DNA of 64,000 nt, from NCBI GenBank assembly GCA_964438425.1, contig CAYTKM010000002.1, positions 92,495 through 156,494 on the forward strand, in the 5' to 3' direction. Each line of letters opens with the position of its first letter. Positions within the stretch are counted from its first letter, which is position 1. This document shows, piece after piece, positions 18,871 through 28,879 of the stretch. The notes beneath the pieces are model-generated. The model saw nothing but the letters and a program-made list of their open reading frames with translations. It was not told the origin of the DNA and did not search any database. Position numbers and translations under genes: made by a program. This stretch comes from an uncultured Gammaproteobacteria bacterium (lineage in GTDB: Bacteria; Cyanobacteriota; Vampirovibrionia; LMEP-6097).

Positions 18871-19941
18871 ATGAGTCAAGAATTAGGGCGTGCTAAAGAA
18901 GCTATTGAAAAACATATTTCTGAAAAAAACTATCAGGATATTTCAGTAGTTGGTAATAAAAAAGTGGTATTTAATCTTTTACTTAGTGAAAGCGAATTAC
19001 CTAAAAAAGATCAATTAATTAAAGAAATAGAGCAGTCTGTTAAAGCTGCTGGTTTTGAAGAGCTTGATGTTTATACTACTAAAAAACCAGAAGAAAGTGC
19101 TGGTGGTGGTCATAGACCCTTAGGTGGCACGGCTAATCGTGGAAATATCACCCCGAAATCTCCCGTTCCAGGTATTAAACATATAGTTGCTATCAATAGT
19201 GGTAAGGGTGGTGTTGGTAAAACAACTTGCTCGGTTAACATCGCTATCTCTTTAGCTGAATTAGGTTATAAAGTAGGCTTAATGGATGCTGATGTAACTG
19301 GTCCTAATGTTCACTTGATGTTAGGTTCAGACGAAAGACCACACTTGACTGAAAACAAAAAAGTTATGTCGACTGAAGCTCATGGTATCCGTTTAATTTC
19401 TATGGGTACTTTAGTAGATGAAAACAAACCAACTATCTGGCGTGGACCTATGCTTGATGGTGTAATTAAACAATTTCTAAGAGAAGTTGAATGGGGCGAG
19501 CTTGACTACCTAGTAGTTGACTTACCACCAGGAACAAGTGACGCTCAGCTAACTTTATGTCAAAACGTACCATTAGATGGCACAGTGATTATCACTACTC
19601 CACAAGATGTTGCGCTTTTAGATGCTAAAAAAGGTCTAAGAATGTTTGAAAAAATGCAAGTGCCGATTTTAGGTCTAATCGAAAATATGAGTTTTTATGA
19701 ATGTTCTAACTGTGGTCACCGTGAAGAAATTTTTTCACATGGTGGTGGTAAAAGAGCAGCCAGTGAACTTGGTTTAGACTTTTTAGGTGAAATACCGATC
19801 GAACTTAAAGTAAGACTTGGCGGTGATAGTGGTAAGCCTGTAACTGCTACTGATAAAAATCACCCTGTTTCTAAAGCGTTTAAGAAAATTGCTGAGGAGC
19901 TAGTAAACAAAGTTGCTAAAGTTTCACAAACCGCTGTTTAA
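18871..19941 (+). CDS. mrp: Mrp/ApbC (NBP35) Fe-S cluster carrier ATPase
   Basis: SGKGGVGKTT, DADVTGPN, IWRGPM, VDLPPGTSDAQL, ENMS..ECSNCG. Confidence 0.95.
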   Translation: MSQELGRAKEAIEKHISEKNYQDISVVGNKKVVFNLLLSESELPKKDQLIKEIEQSVKAAGFEELDVYTTKKPEESAGGGHRPLGGTANRGNITPKSPVPGIKHIVAINSGKGGVGKTTCSVNIAISLAELGYKVGLMDADVTGPNVHLMLGSDERPHLTENKKVMSTEAHGIRLISMGTLVDENKPTIWRGPMLDGVIKQFLREVEWGELDYLVVDLPPGTSDAQLTLCQNVPLDGTVIITTPQDVALLDAKKGLRMFEKMQVPILGLIENMSFYECSNCGHREEIFSHGGGKRAASELGLDFLGEIPIELKVRLGGDSGKPVTATDKNHPVSKAFKKIAEELVNKVAKVSQTAV

Positions 19942-19956
19942 TATTTAATTTGTAAC

Positions 19957-20065
19957 TTTAGAATATTTTTCTAAAAAGCCTTCTGATTTAGAAATCTTTT
20001 CTAAATTTAAGTTGGATCTGTAAAATAATTCTAAAAATTAAGTAAATTTAGAAAATTATTATAAG
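19957..20065. repeat. array A: four TTTAGAA-N5-TTCTAAA palindromic boxes, 30-bp period
   Basis: Boxes start at 19957, 19987, 20017 and 20047; located between convergent mrp and flhA. Confidence 0.85.
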
Positions 20066-20266
20066 CTGCCCGGGCTTTGTATATCATAATTAGCAACAAT
20101 ATAATATATAGAATGTTTAATACTGTAATGGACAGTATTTCATCTTAGGCTGTTTAAGCCATCAAATACTTTATAATAAGGACTCGATGAAGGTTTTGAG
20201 CTTATTATATAAGTCTAAGTCCAAGAATCTACTAAGTGACTATATTAAATACTTTACTTTGAGATA

Positions 20267-22378
20267 TTAAGCTCCGCCAACAGCCGGGACATCCATCTCA
20301 GTACCGATGGTTTCCATAACTTGAATGTTAAAGTCAGCAGACAGCTCGGCATAACTTAAAATATGAATATGCGAATCGAACTGCTCGACTAATCTAAATA
20401 GTGGTAAACGCAGTGAAGGCCCACAAATCAATACTGGTCTTCTTTCAGCTTGCTCTAAAATCCTTCTAGAAGCATTACTAACCATAGTAACCAAGTTTTG
20501 GATTTGCTTAGGATCTAAGATTAACACCGTACTGTCATCAACTTTTTGAAGAGCTTGCTCCAGTCTGTTTTCCCAAGTCGGATGAAACGCCATCGCAGGT
20601 AAATGTCTATCTGGTGTGGCAAATTCTAAACAGATTTGACGACCTAAAGCGATACGCAGTTTTTCAGATAAACTGTCAGGATCTTTAATAGATACTGTCA
20701 AATCCTCTAATTTTTCTAAAATAAAGTGAATATCCCTGATACTTACTCTTTCTTTAAGTAAGTTAACAAACACCCTACGCAGGTCACCAAGTGAAATAGC
20801 ACCAGGTACTAAATTATCTACTAACTGCGAATCTGTCTGTTTAACTTGATCTAATACGCGACGCACATCAGACTTTTCGAGTAAATCATCAATATTACGA
20901 CGTACCACCTCAGCTAAATGCGCTGTAATTACACGAACTGCTGGCGCTGCTGGTCTATCCCAGTCAATCTGCTCTAGATAATCAGGGTCTACCCAATACG
21001 CGCCCTCTTGTAGAGCTGGCTCCCAGCCCTGGATCGAACCTGGTGGCGGCTCAGAGTAGATATTATCCCAGTCTTCTCTTAAAATAAGCATTTTCTCTGG
21101 ATAAATTTCAGCACTTGCTACGGTGGTATCTCGGATAATAACTCTGTATTCGTTGGAAGATAAACTTGGCGCGTCCATAATACGCACTGAAGGTAAGATG
21201 TAACCTAAGTTAAGAGTTAACTGATGTCGCAATGAAGCGATCTCGGGAACAAGCGTACCATTTTTGGCAGGATCAGCTATTTCAAGCAGTTCAGAACCTA
21301 CCCACACAGCAAGCTTATCTACTTCCAGTAAAGAGTACATCATCTCTGGCGTTGCACGCGGCGCGCCGCTAGCATCCACACTTTCATCAAGATCGATAGC
21401 TGTATCTAATTCGTCGTCTTCTTCTTGATCACCCTGCAAACGTTTATTAATTGTAAACGCTGCTACAGCTAGACCTAGTGAAGTAATGAACATCGGTACT
21501 TTAGGCATACCAGGTAAGACCCCTAAAATAAATAGTAAGATCGCACCAACCACAAAGGCATTAGGTCTAGCCAGTAACTGAGCTGCGATATCCTGACCGA
21601 ACGAATCAGCAGTCGAGCCAGCACGAGTTACGATGATACCAGTTGCGATCGAAAGTATCAGAGCTGGAATAGTTGCTGAAATTGAATCACCAATGGTTAA
21701 AATTATGTATTTTTGAGCTGCTTCAGGGAAAGCTAGACCCTTTTGAGTCATACCGATAGCGAGTCCTGCAACGATATTAATGATGGTAATAATAATACTT
21801 GCCATCGAGTCACCCTTAACGAACTTTGAAGCACCATCCATAGAACCGAAGAAAGCAGATTCTTTTTCAACTTCTTTACGTTTTTCTTTAGCTTGCTCAC
21901 TAGTAATCAAACCAGCATTAAAGTCAGCATCAATACTCATCTGTTTACCAGGCATCGCATCCAAGGTAAATCGCGCTGAGACCTCTGCTACACGCTCGGC
22001 ACCTTTGGTAATTACCATAAACTGTACTACTGTAATAATAATAAAGATGATAATACCAACGACAAAGTTACCACCTGCTACGAAATTTCCCATCGCGATA
22101 ATCAGATCCCCTGCAAAGCCATGCAGCAATATCGAACGGGTACTTGAGATATTCAAGGCTAGCCTGAACATGGTAGAAAGTAGTAAGAAAGTCGGTAAAC
22201 TGGCGAAATCAAGTGGTTTAGAAATGTAAAGTGAAATACCAATTGCGACAACAGCAAAGGTAATGTTTAAAGTAATAAAAACATCTAATAGGAATGGAGG
22301 TAGCGGGATGATAATAATCAGCAAAATACCGAAGATGATCGCTCCGACTAAAACTTCACTAATTTTTATATTACCCAT
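20267..22378 (-). CDS. flhA: flagellar export apparatus protein FlhA
   Basis: FHIPEP motif RVAEVSARFTLDAMPGKQMSIDAD, FFGSMDGASKFVKGD, LLKERVSIRD, LSYAEL. Confidence 0.93.
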   Translation of the reverse strand: MGNIKISEVLVGAIIFGILLIIIIPLPPFLLDVFITLNITFAVVAIGISLYISKPLDFASLPTFLLLSTMFRLALNISSTRSILLHGFAGDLIIAMGNFVAGGNFVVGIIIFIIITVVQFMVITKGAERVAEVSARFTLDAMPGKQMSIDADFNAGLITSEQAKEKRKEVEKESAFFGSMDGASKFVKGDSMASIIITIINIVAGLAIGMTQKGLAFPEAAQKYIILTIGDSISATIPALILSIATGIIVTRAGSTADSFGQDIAAQLLARPNAFVVGAILLFILGVLPGMPKVPMFITSLGLAVAAFTINKRLQGDQEEDDELDTAIDLDESVDASGAPRATPEMMYSLLEVDKLAVWVGSELLEIADPAKNGTLVPEIASLRHQLTLNLGYILPSVRIMDAPSLSSNEYRVIIRDTTVASAEIYPEKMLILREDWDNIYSEPPPGSIQGWEPALQEGAYWVDPDYLEQIDWDRPAAPAVRVITAHLAEVVRRNIDDLLEKSDVRRVLDQVKQTDSQLVDNLVPGAISLGDLRRVFVNLLKERVSIRDIHFILEKLEDLTVSIKDPDSLSEKLRIALGRQICLEFATPDRHLPAMAFHPTWENRLEQALQKVDDSTVLILDPKQIQNLVTMVSNASRRILEQAERRPVLICGPSLRLPLFRLVEQFDSHIHILSYAELSADFNIQVMETIGTEMDVPAVGGA

Positions 22379-22671
22379 ATCTAACTATTAATCCCTACTC
22401 TGCTAGCTTTAAAGCCATGTATCAAACCTAAATAAACTTATTAATGCTCTAAATAAATAACTTAATTTAAATGAATTATAAAATTTTTAATCTGATACCC
22501 ACAACTGCAAAGTATATTTACTATAGAAAGTACTTGTTAAGGGTAAATTAAGGGTTAGTTTATACAACTTTAACAAAAAACTCTTTTTTAAATTTATGTT
22601 TATTAGATAAAAATAAAAACCCATTTAAGTGTTTATATTTTGATGCTATTATCTTATTTTGGTGAATTTAG

Positions 22672-24918
22672 ATGAGTAAAGTATCAAAAGCTACTGGAGG
22701 TTTTGGTTTTAGCAAGATTTCTTCAAAAAAGAAATCAAAGGAAGTTCAAGCTGCTAGTAGTAAAGTTAATGAAGCTTCAGATCTTAAAAAATCGCAGCTG
22801 CACCAAAAACCTATCTCAACAGTTCAAAAAAAGAAGTTAAATAATTTAAATGCAGCAAGCTCTAATGCTCATCAATATGTAAAACAACATGAAACAACAT
22901 TAAATGAAATTACTAGATTATTAAATTTCACTGCTGACAAGACTAATAGAGATTTTGAATTCAATGAAAGCCTGCTTGATGAAAAATTAAAGCTATTTAC
23001 AGCACTTTTAAATAGCATTATTGACCATGATGGTCTAGTTAGTACTTTAAAAGAAATAAATTTAAACCAAGATAAGCAAAGTCTACTTGAATTAAAAAAA
23101 CAGGCAATAGATTTATTGTTAAAAAATAATTCAGGTAATGCTCTTGATTTAAATAAAACGAAAAATAAGCTAATTAATAGTGATGAAAAATTTTGGCAGA
23201 AAGTAAATCAGTACTTCATAAATTTTGAACCTAAAATAGATCAGTTAATAAGTGATTACCGTGCTAGTGAGATTTATAAAACCACAAGTTTAAATCCTGA
23301 GTTTGACATGCCAAGCTATTTATTAAAGCAAAGCGCAAAAAATACTTTAAAGCTATATAAACCTTTGTTTCAAGCCTTAAATGTTATCGATAGAAGAGTC
23401 TTAAATGTAAATTTCAATACTCAGGAGCTAACATTAGAAAGTCAAGCTCAAGATTTTCTTCATTTATTAGGAGATTACATTAACAGAAATATTTTAAGAA
23501 CGCAACTCGAGCTTTTTAATAAACAAATGAATGGGAGTAGAGATTTAAAAAAAGCGGTTGAAGATAGAAAAGTAGTTTTAGATCTTAATAACAAAGAGGT
23601 AACAATGAGCTTGGGTAGTTCTTTAAAAAACTTAAGTAGATTTTTAAATCAAGATATCTTTAAAGCTAAAATTAACAGTCCAAGTTCTTTAGATAAAAAC
23701 ATAGTCGATATTAACAACTACGTAAATAATATGAGCGATGAAGATCAAAATATAGTGATTGATTTTCTTAACTTTAAACTATTTTTAAATGATATTTATG
23801 CAAGGAATATACAACATGTTAAAAAGAATATAGTTTTACCTGACTATGGCGCCGTTAAACTAAAAGAAAATTTAGGAGATGATAAAGCGTTTTTAGAATT
23901 GAAATTTACTAAACTGAGCTTCGAGCTTGATAATATACCAGATTTAAAAGATATTAAAGAGCACTTTCATAAAAAATATATTAAAGAGATAACTAAAAAT
24001 TATAATGGCTTAATTAAAGAGCAGGCCAAAGACAACATGCTTAATCCTGATTGGCATGATATTGATACTGAGATAATAACTTTAAGTGACGATTTTTCTT
24101 TTATTAACAGTAGAATAGCTAATTTATATAATGCTTACAGTAATCAATACGCGCCGCCTCATATTATAGACACTATCATCGAAAATGATAAAATTAGTAC
24201 CTTAGATTTTGAAAAAGAGAGTACACGTGATAAGCTGGCAGGCGGAGATTTTGTGGCTTTAACTGGCTTTGGTGAATATAATGAAAAACGCACAGAGATA
24301 GCTTTAAGGCAGCTACTAGAAAATTCAAGTGCCTCAGATATTAGCCAGAGAAATAGCCCTATTCAAGTGACAGGAGTCATTCAAGGGCAAAAGAATCAGG
24401 CACTAGATAATGATGCTTTGATTGATTTTTTAGTAAAGGTTAAGCTCGACTATTCAAAAATAGCTACTGATAAAAATAAGACTAAAGCAGTTTTAAAGTT
24501 ACCTGAAACTGAAGAATACATTATTCCATTGCAGGTGAAATCATCGCCAGGGGAAGCAAATAATGTGAAGATAGCTGAAGAGCCATATTCAGTCGGATTT
24601 TCACCATTTAATATGAATTTGGTATCAGAAAAAAGAATAGTACCTAATTTTTTAAAACTTACTGACGGTACTATCAAAGATATGGGTGAAAAAGAAATTT
24701 CATTTCCATTAGCTAAAGACCAGCTCTTACAAACTATTGAAGCAGAGATAAAAGATGGCAGCTATGCTAAGCATTTTAAGCAAGCTGACTTGCTAAAGGA
24801 CTGGGATAAATTAGTGAAAGGTTTGCCAGGTTCAGGGACTCAAAAGAATTATAAAGTGATAGCTGATACCCTAGAGGGGCGCAGGTTAGAAGCTAAATTG
24901 TTTCAGTATTTTGTATAG
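22672..24918 (+). CDS. hypothetical protein, Lys/Asn-rich
   Basis: 748-aa ORF with N-terminal GGFGFSKISSKKK; no recognised domain. Confidence 0.75.
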   Translation: MSKVSKATGGFGFSKISSKKKSKEVQAASSKVNEASDLKKSQLHQKPISTVQKKKLNNLNAASSNAHQYVKQHETTLNEITRLLNFTADKTNRDFEFNESLLDEKLKLFTALLNSIIDHDGLVSTLKEINLNQDKQSLLELKKQAIDLLLKNNSGNALDLNKTKNKLINSDEKFWQKVNQYFINFEPKIDQLISDYRASEIYKTTSLNPEFDMPSYLLKQSAKNTLKLYKPLFQALNVIDRRVLNVNFNTQELTLESQAQDFLHLLGDYINRNILRTQLELFNKQMNGSRDLKKAVEDRKVVLDLNNKEVTMSLGSSLKNLSRFLNQDIFKAKINSPSSLDKNIVDINNYVNNMSDEDQNIVIDFLNFKLFLNDIYARNIQHVKKNIVLPDYGAVKLKENLGDDKAFLELKFTKLSFELDNIPDLKDIKEHFHKKYIKEITKNYNGLIKEQAKDNMLNPDWHDIDTEIITLSDDFSFINSRIANLYNAYSNQYAPPHIIDTIIENDKISTLDFEKESTRDKLAGGDFVALTGFGEYNEKRTEIALRQLLENSSASDISQRNSPIQVTGVIQGQKNQALDNDALIDFLVKVKLDYSKIATDKNKTKAVLKLPETEEYIIPLQVKSSPGEANNVKIAEEPYSVGFSPFNMNLVSEKRIVPNFLKLTDGTIKDMGEKEISFPLAKDQLLQTIEAEIKDGSYAKHFKQADLLKDWDKLVKGLPGSGTQKNYKVIADTLEGRRLEAKLFQYFV

Positions 24919-25099
24919 AATGACTCTATTTTAATTATTCAGGCGCTTAGTGAAACTACAGTTTACTTGAAACTCGCTTGGCTAATTATTTTTAAACACT
25001 AATTAAAAATTTAATTTTGTCGCTTGCACTATTGTGATATCCTAAAGCTGTCTTATAATATCAGTATAAGATAGCTTCTAATTAAAGTTAAATTTTTCT

Positions 25100-26032
25100 A
25101 TGAAATTAGCCATTATTAAAAATCGTCAAATCTGCTTTATAGCTACCGCAGTTATTTTATTACTAGCAGTATTTTTTATGATTCAGTCCAGTCTGAAATA
25201 TGGCTCGATTGTAAAACTTGGTTTAGATTTCACTGGTGGCAGTAAGATAGAGTACGTAGTTCCAGAAAAAGACCCTGCTAAAGTGAATTCAGAAGTGATA
25301 CTTGGTGTTTTAAGTGATCTAGAACTTAATAACTCGCAAGTGCAAGTCGCTCCTACTGCTAAAGATTCTACTTTGATAGTTAGAACTAAAGCTATTTCTG
25401 ATGATCCAGTTTTAGAAAAATTCAACCGAGCTTTAAGAGCTAAGTATGGTTCTTATAAGTTAGTATCGATCGATACTGTCAGCCCTATTTTAGGTCCAGA
25501 ACTGTTTTCAAGTGGTATAACTGCTTTAATCGTAACTATACTTGCGATTATAGTTTATATCTCGATTAAATTTAACCGTGAATATGCCTGCGCGGCTATC
25601 GCAGCGCTAGTTCATGATGTACTAGTAGTAATAGGCTTGTATGCCTATTTAGGTGTTTATCATGGCATCGAAGTGAATAGCTTGTTTATTACAGCTGTGC
25701 TAACAATTTTCGGTTTTTCAGTGCACGATACTATAGTTGTATTTGATAGAATACGTGAAAATCAGCGCTTGCAGACTAAAAACTTTAGTTTCACCGAGGT
25801 GGCTGAACTTAGTATCAATCAAGTCTACACGCGTAGTTTAAATACATCTATAACCACTTTAACTGTGCTGGGTTGTTTATTTTTATTTGGTGGTAGCACC
25901 ACCACTTTGTTTGTTGGTGCGCTGTTCGTTGGGATGCTTGCTGGTACTTATAGTAGTATTTTCCTTGCAAGTCCGCTGCTAGTGGAGATTAAACGAGCTG
26001 GTTTTTTAAAGAAATCAGTTAAAGCTAACTAA
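25100..26032 (+). CDS. secF: protein translocase subunit SecF
   Basis: LGLDFTGGS, VSPILGPEL, ALVHDV, GFSVHDTIVVFDRIREN, RSLNTSITT, GTYSSIFLA. Confidence 0.96.
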   Translation: MKLAIIKNRQICFIATAVILLLAVFFMIQSSLKYGSIVKLGLDFTGGSKIEYVVPEKDPAKVNSEVILGVLSDLELNNSQVQVAPTAKDSTLIVRTKAISDDPVLEKFNRALRAKYGSYKLVSIDTVSPILGPELFSSGITALIVTILAIIVYISIKFNREYACAAIAALVHDVLVVIGLYAYLGVYHGIEVNSLFITAVLTIFGFSVHDTIVVFDRIRENQRLQTKNFSFTEVAELSINQVYTRSLNTSITTLTVLGCLFLFGGSTTTLFVGALFVGMLAGTYSSIFLASPLLVEIKRAGFLKKSVKAN

Positions 26033-26210
26033 AAACTAATCCAATCATTAAATCTAATCACTTAGGCATATTATGTGGTTAGTAGCTGTTTTTAAAAATG
26101 TCTACATGCTTCTTTTTAGGTGTCTTAGTTATTTAGATTTTTAATGTAAAGCTTGTTAAATTACCATTTTGCTTTTTAAGTTCTATTCTACTAAACTGAC
26201 AATATTTAAA

Positions 26211-26319
26211 TTTAGAAGTTTTTTATAAAAAGTGATTTTAATTATAGAAATATTCTAAAAAAGACCCTAATTTAGAATATTTCTCTAGTTTTAAAGCAAA
26301 TTTAGAAAGTTTTTATAAA
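26211..26319. repeat. array B: four TTTAGAA-N5-TT(C/A)TAAA boxes, 30-bp period
   Basis: Boxes start at 26211, 26241, 26271 and 26301; located between convergent secF and the RHH gene. Confidence 0.8.
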
Positions 26320-26405
26320 TTATTTTAGACTTAGTAGCTTTTAGGCTGGCTTTTTTATATAGATTGCTAGATCTATATGTTCCTACTAATAAAAAATTTA
26401 CTCTC

Positions 26406-26458
26406 AAAAATAAAAAATGATATCAAGTACCCTTTGAACTCGATATCATTTTATTTTT
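26406..26458. terminator. hairpin, probable terminator between convergent genes
   Basis: AAAATGATATC...GATATCATTTT inverted repeat flanked by A and T runs. Confidence 0.55.
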
Positions 26459-26498
26459 AAAGCTTACCTAAAATGTTAGCTCAGTATGATAGATAAAC

Positions 26499-26753
26499 TT
26501 ATCTTTCTGAAGCTACTAGGTCGCGATTGCTAGCAATGCTTTGAGCAGCTGCGCTAGGTGCAACATTTAAATTATTTTTATAGTCGCGGGCCCATCTTTC
26601 AAGAACCTCTGCCTGGCTTAAACCGTTTTCAACTGCAATAGTTTTAATGATGCTTAAAGCTTCTGGACTTAATCTGAATGAAACCATAGTCTTAGCTTCG
26701 CCATAACGTGGCTTAGGACCGGTTTTCTTTCTGGTAATAGTTTTTTCTGTCAT
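26499..26753 (-). CDS. small ribbon-helix-helix (CopG-like) DNA-binding protein
   Basis: GPKPRYGEAKTMVSFRLSPEA...IA.ENGLSQAEVLERWAR fits the beta-alpha-alpha RHH pattern. Confidence 0.7.
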   Translation of the reverse strand: MTEKTITRKKTGPKPRYGEAKTMVSFRLSPEALSIIKTIAVENGLSQAEVLERWARDYKNNLNVAPSAAAQSIASNRDLVASER

Positions 26754-27141
26754 AATTTATTCCCCTCTTGTCGAATTTATATTATATATTTACTATTTCA
26801 GGATTATGATAGTATTAATAAATTGCAAAAATTTATCTAAATATGTTAGATAAACAAATGTTAACTTATCAATACAAATCCTCTTGTAATAAATATACAA
26901 CTTAATTATGTATTTTGTAAAGACTTTTTAGGGAATTTATGACAAATATATAAAGAAATTGAGAAAAATTTTTTGATAATAAATTTGAAAAGTTTTTACA
27001 AATCTTTTATCAGATGTAAATTTGTTGGAATTTGCAGGTAACTAGATACAGTGAGTATTTAGTTACACCTTGCTAAATTAACTGAAATTAAAAGCCTATA
27101 ACCTTTAACCTTTGTGTTTAAACTTAAATAGCTTAAATTTT

Positions 27142-27741
27142 CTAAGTAATATTTAAATTTTTCAGTAAATCTGTAACTTGTTTTTCGAGTTCAGCAGCAT
27201 TGCTGTTATTTTCGATTACGAAATCGGCGCGCGCTATTTTATCTGCCTGTGGCAGTTGTTTAAGATCGCGCGCACGTATTTCATCTTCACTTAAAGCTTT
27301 TTGCAAGCCTGCATAGCGCGCGCTGGCGCGCGCTATGCGCACATCAAGGTCCGCTACGACTACTAAAGTATGGTCGTAGCGATTTTCTAAATTAGCTTCA
27401 AATAACAGTTGCACTTCGTGAACTAGTAAAGGTTCATGCGCGCGTTCCTGAGACCACTTTTCCCAGTAACGAGCGACAGCTGGATGAATAATATTTTCTA
27501 ATTTAAGCTTAAGTTCTTTAGCCTTTACTTCATGCTGACCAAAAATCTGACTTGCGATAACTTTTTTATCTAAAGTGCCAAATAATTTATTAACCTCGGC
27601 TTGCACTTCGGTATCATGCGCATAAAGTTCTTTGACGATTTGATCGCTATCTATAGTTGAATAACCAAGTTTATTAAAAATCTGACTTACTGAGCTTTTA
27701 CCAGCCCCTATATTACCTGTCAGCCCAATCTTAATTGCCAT
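27142..27741 (-). CDS. coaE: dephospho-CoA kinase
   Basis: MAIKIGLTGNIGAGKS, LENIIHP, LLFE, Q....K...ADFVIEN. ATG at 27741 preferred as start. Confidence 0.93.
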   Translation of the reverse strand: MAIKIGLTGNIGAGKSSVSQIFNKLGYSTIDSDQIVKELYAHDTEVQAEVNKLFGTLDKKVIASQIFGQHEVKAKELKLKLENIIHPAVARYWEKWSQERAHEPLLVHEVQLLFEANLENRYDHTLVVVADLDVRIARASARYAGLQKALSEDEIRARDLKQLPQADKIARADFVIENNSNAAELEKQVTDLLKNLNIT

Positions 27742-27907
27742 ATTTAAGATTCTGGCATAATACAAAAGAAGTTAAAGCTTTTACTAGACAATTTATTTAA
27801 AACTAAGTTAAATTTTAATGATTAGCCTATTAAGATCAGAAGCTAAGCGCTTGTGCTATCAGTGTAAATGAGTAAAAAGTTACCAATATAATCAGCTTAA
27901 AACCAAA

Positions 27908-28570
27908 CTAATTTCGACTAGTTGATCTAACACGTTGCTCTAGTGTAGCGCCCTGCATGTTAATGATATCGTCTTCTAAACTATATTTTTTTTGCCACCA
28001 CTTCGTAAACTCTTTAACTACTTGAGTGTCAAACTGAGTGCCTGCGCATTTAACCATCTCTTCTAATGCTTGCTCGGCGGTTCTAGCTGGAGTGTAAACT
28101 CGATTAGTAGTCATGGCATCATAAGAATCAGCCACGCAGACAATTCTTGCGATTAGTGGTATCGAATCACCTTTTAAACCATGTGGGTAACCTTTACCAT
28201 CTATACGTTCATGATGATATAAAATAGGCTCTAAACAATGTTCTAGGCAGCCTATCTGATCGATAATCTGCGCCCCTAGATTAACATGCTCTTTCATGAC
28301 TTGGTATTCAGCGAAAGTAAGAGAGCTAGGTTTAAAAAGAATATTATCTTTGATACCTATTTTACCGATATCATGCAACAAAGCACCACCTTCCAAGCTA
28401 CGCTGCTCAGATTCGCTTAAATTAAAGTACGCTGATAACTCCTTGCAAATCTTATAAACTCGATGGCTATGACCACTAGTGTAAGGGTCTTTTAGCTCTA
28501 AAGATCTAATAAGCACCTTAACAGTACCTATAAAATTATCATGCAAATTGGTTTGCTCTACATTTTGCAT
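27908..28570 (-). CDS. HD-GYP domain cyclic dinucleotide phosphodiesterase
   Basis: KDPYTSGHSHRV, LLHDIGKIG, HHERIDGKGYPHGL, ARIVCVADSYDAMT. Confidence 0.93.
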   Translation of the reverse strand: MQNVEQTNLHDNFIGTVKVLIRSLELKDPYTSGHSHRVYKICKELSAYFNLSESEQRSLEGGALLHDIGKIGIKDNILFKPSSLTFAEYQVMKEHVNLGAQIIDQIGCLEHCLEPILYHHERIDGKGYPHGLKGDSIPLIARIVCVADSYDAMTTNRVYTPARTAEQALEEMVKCAGTQFDTQVVKEFTKWWQKKYSLEDDIINMQGATLEQRVRSTSRN

Positions 28571-28879
28571 TACTACTTATATATTATTGACAGAAATTGA
28601 ACTCTTAATCTGTTTTTCCATTAAATAAGACTAAACTAACTTGTGGGGTTTGCTCGATAAGGCTACTATAATGCCTAGCTATCTTAAGATAAATGTATTA
28701 AGATCATCCTTAAGTATTACTCGAGCTTTAATTAATCTTCGAGCAGGATTTATAGTACTTTAAACGTATAAACTTGAAATAAGCTGCTAAAGTTTAAAAA
28801 AGACCTTAAACACAAATTAATTTCTGGGCTTTTTACTAATTATCTAAGGAAGTGTTATTTTTATAATATTGAGGGAGTT

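Noticed and set aside
19957-20065. 30-bp-period arrays as CRISPR arrays
   Set aside because: Repeats are 19 bp with variable centres, linkers are only 11 bp, and no cas genes are present.
20267-22378. FlhA as injectisome SctV
   Set aside because: No injectisome genes are nearby and clear flagellar genes occur in the window; a phylogeny would be needed to exclude it fully.
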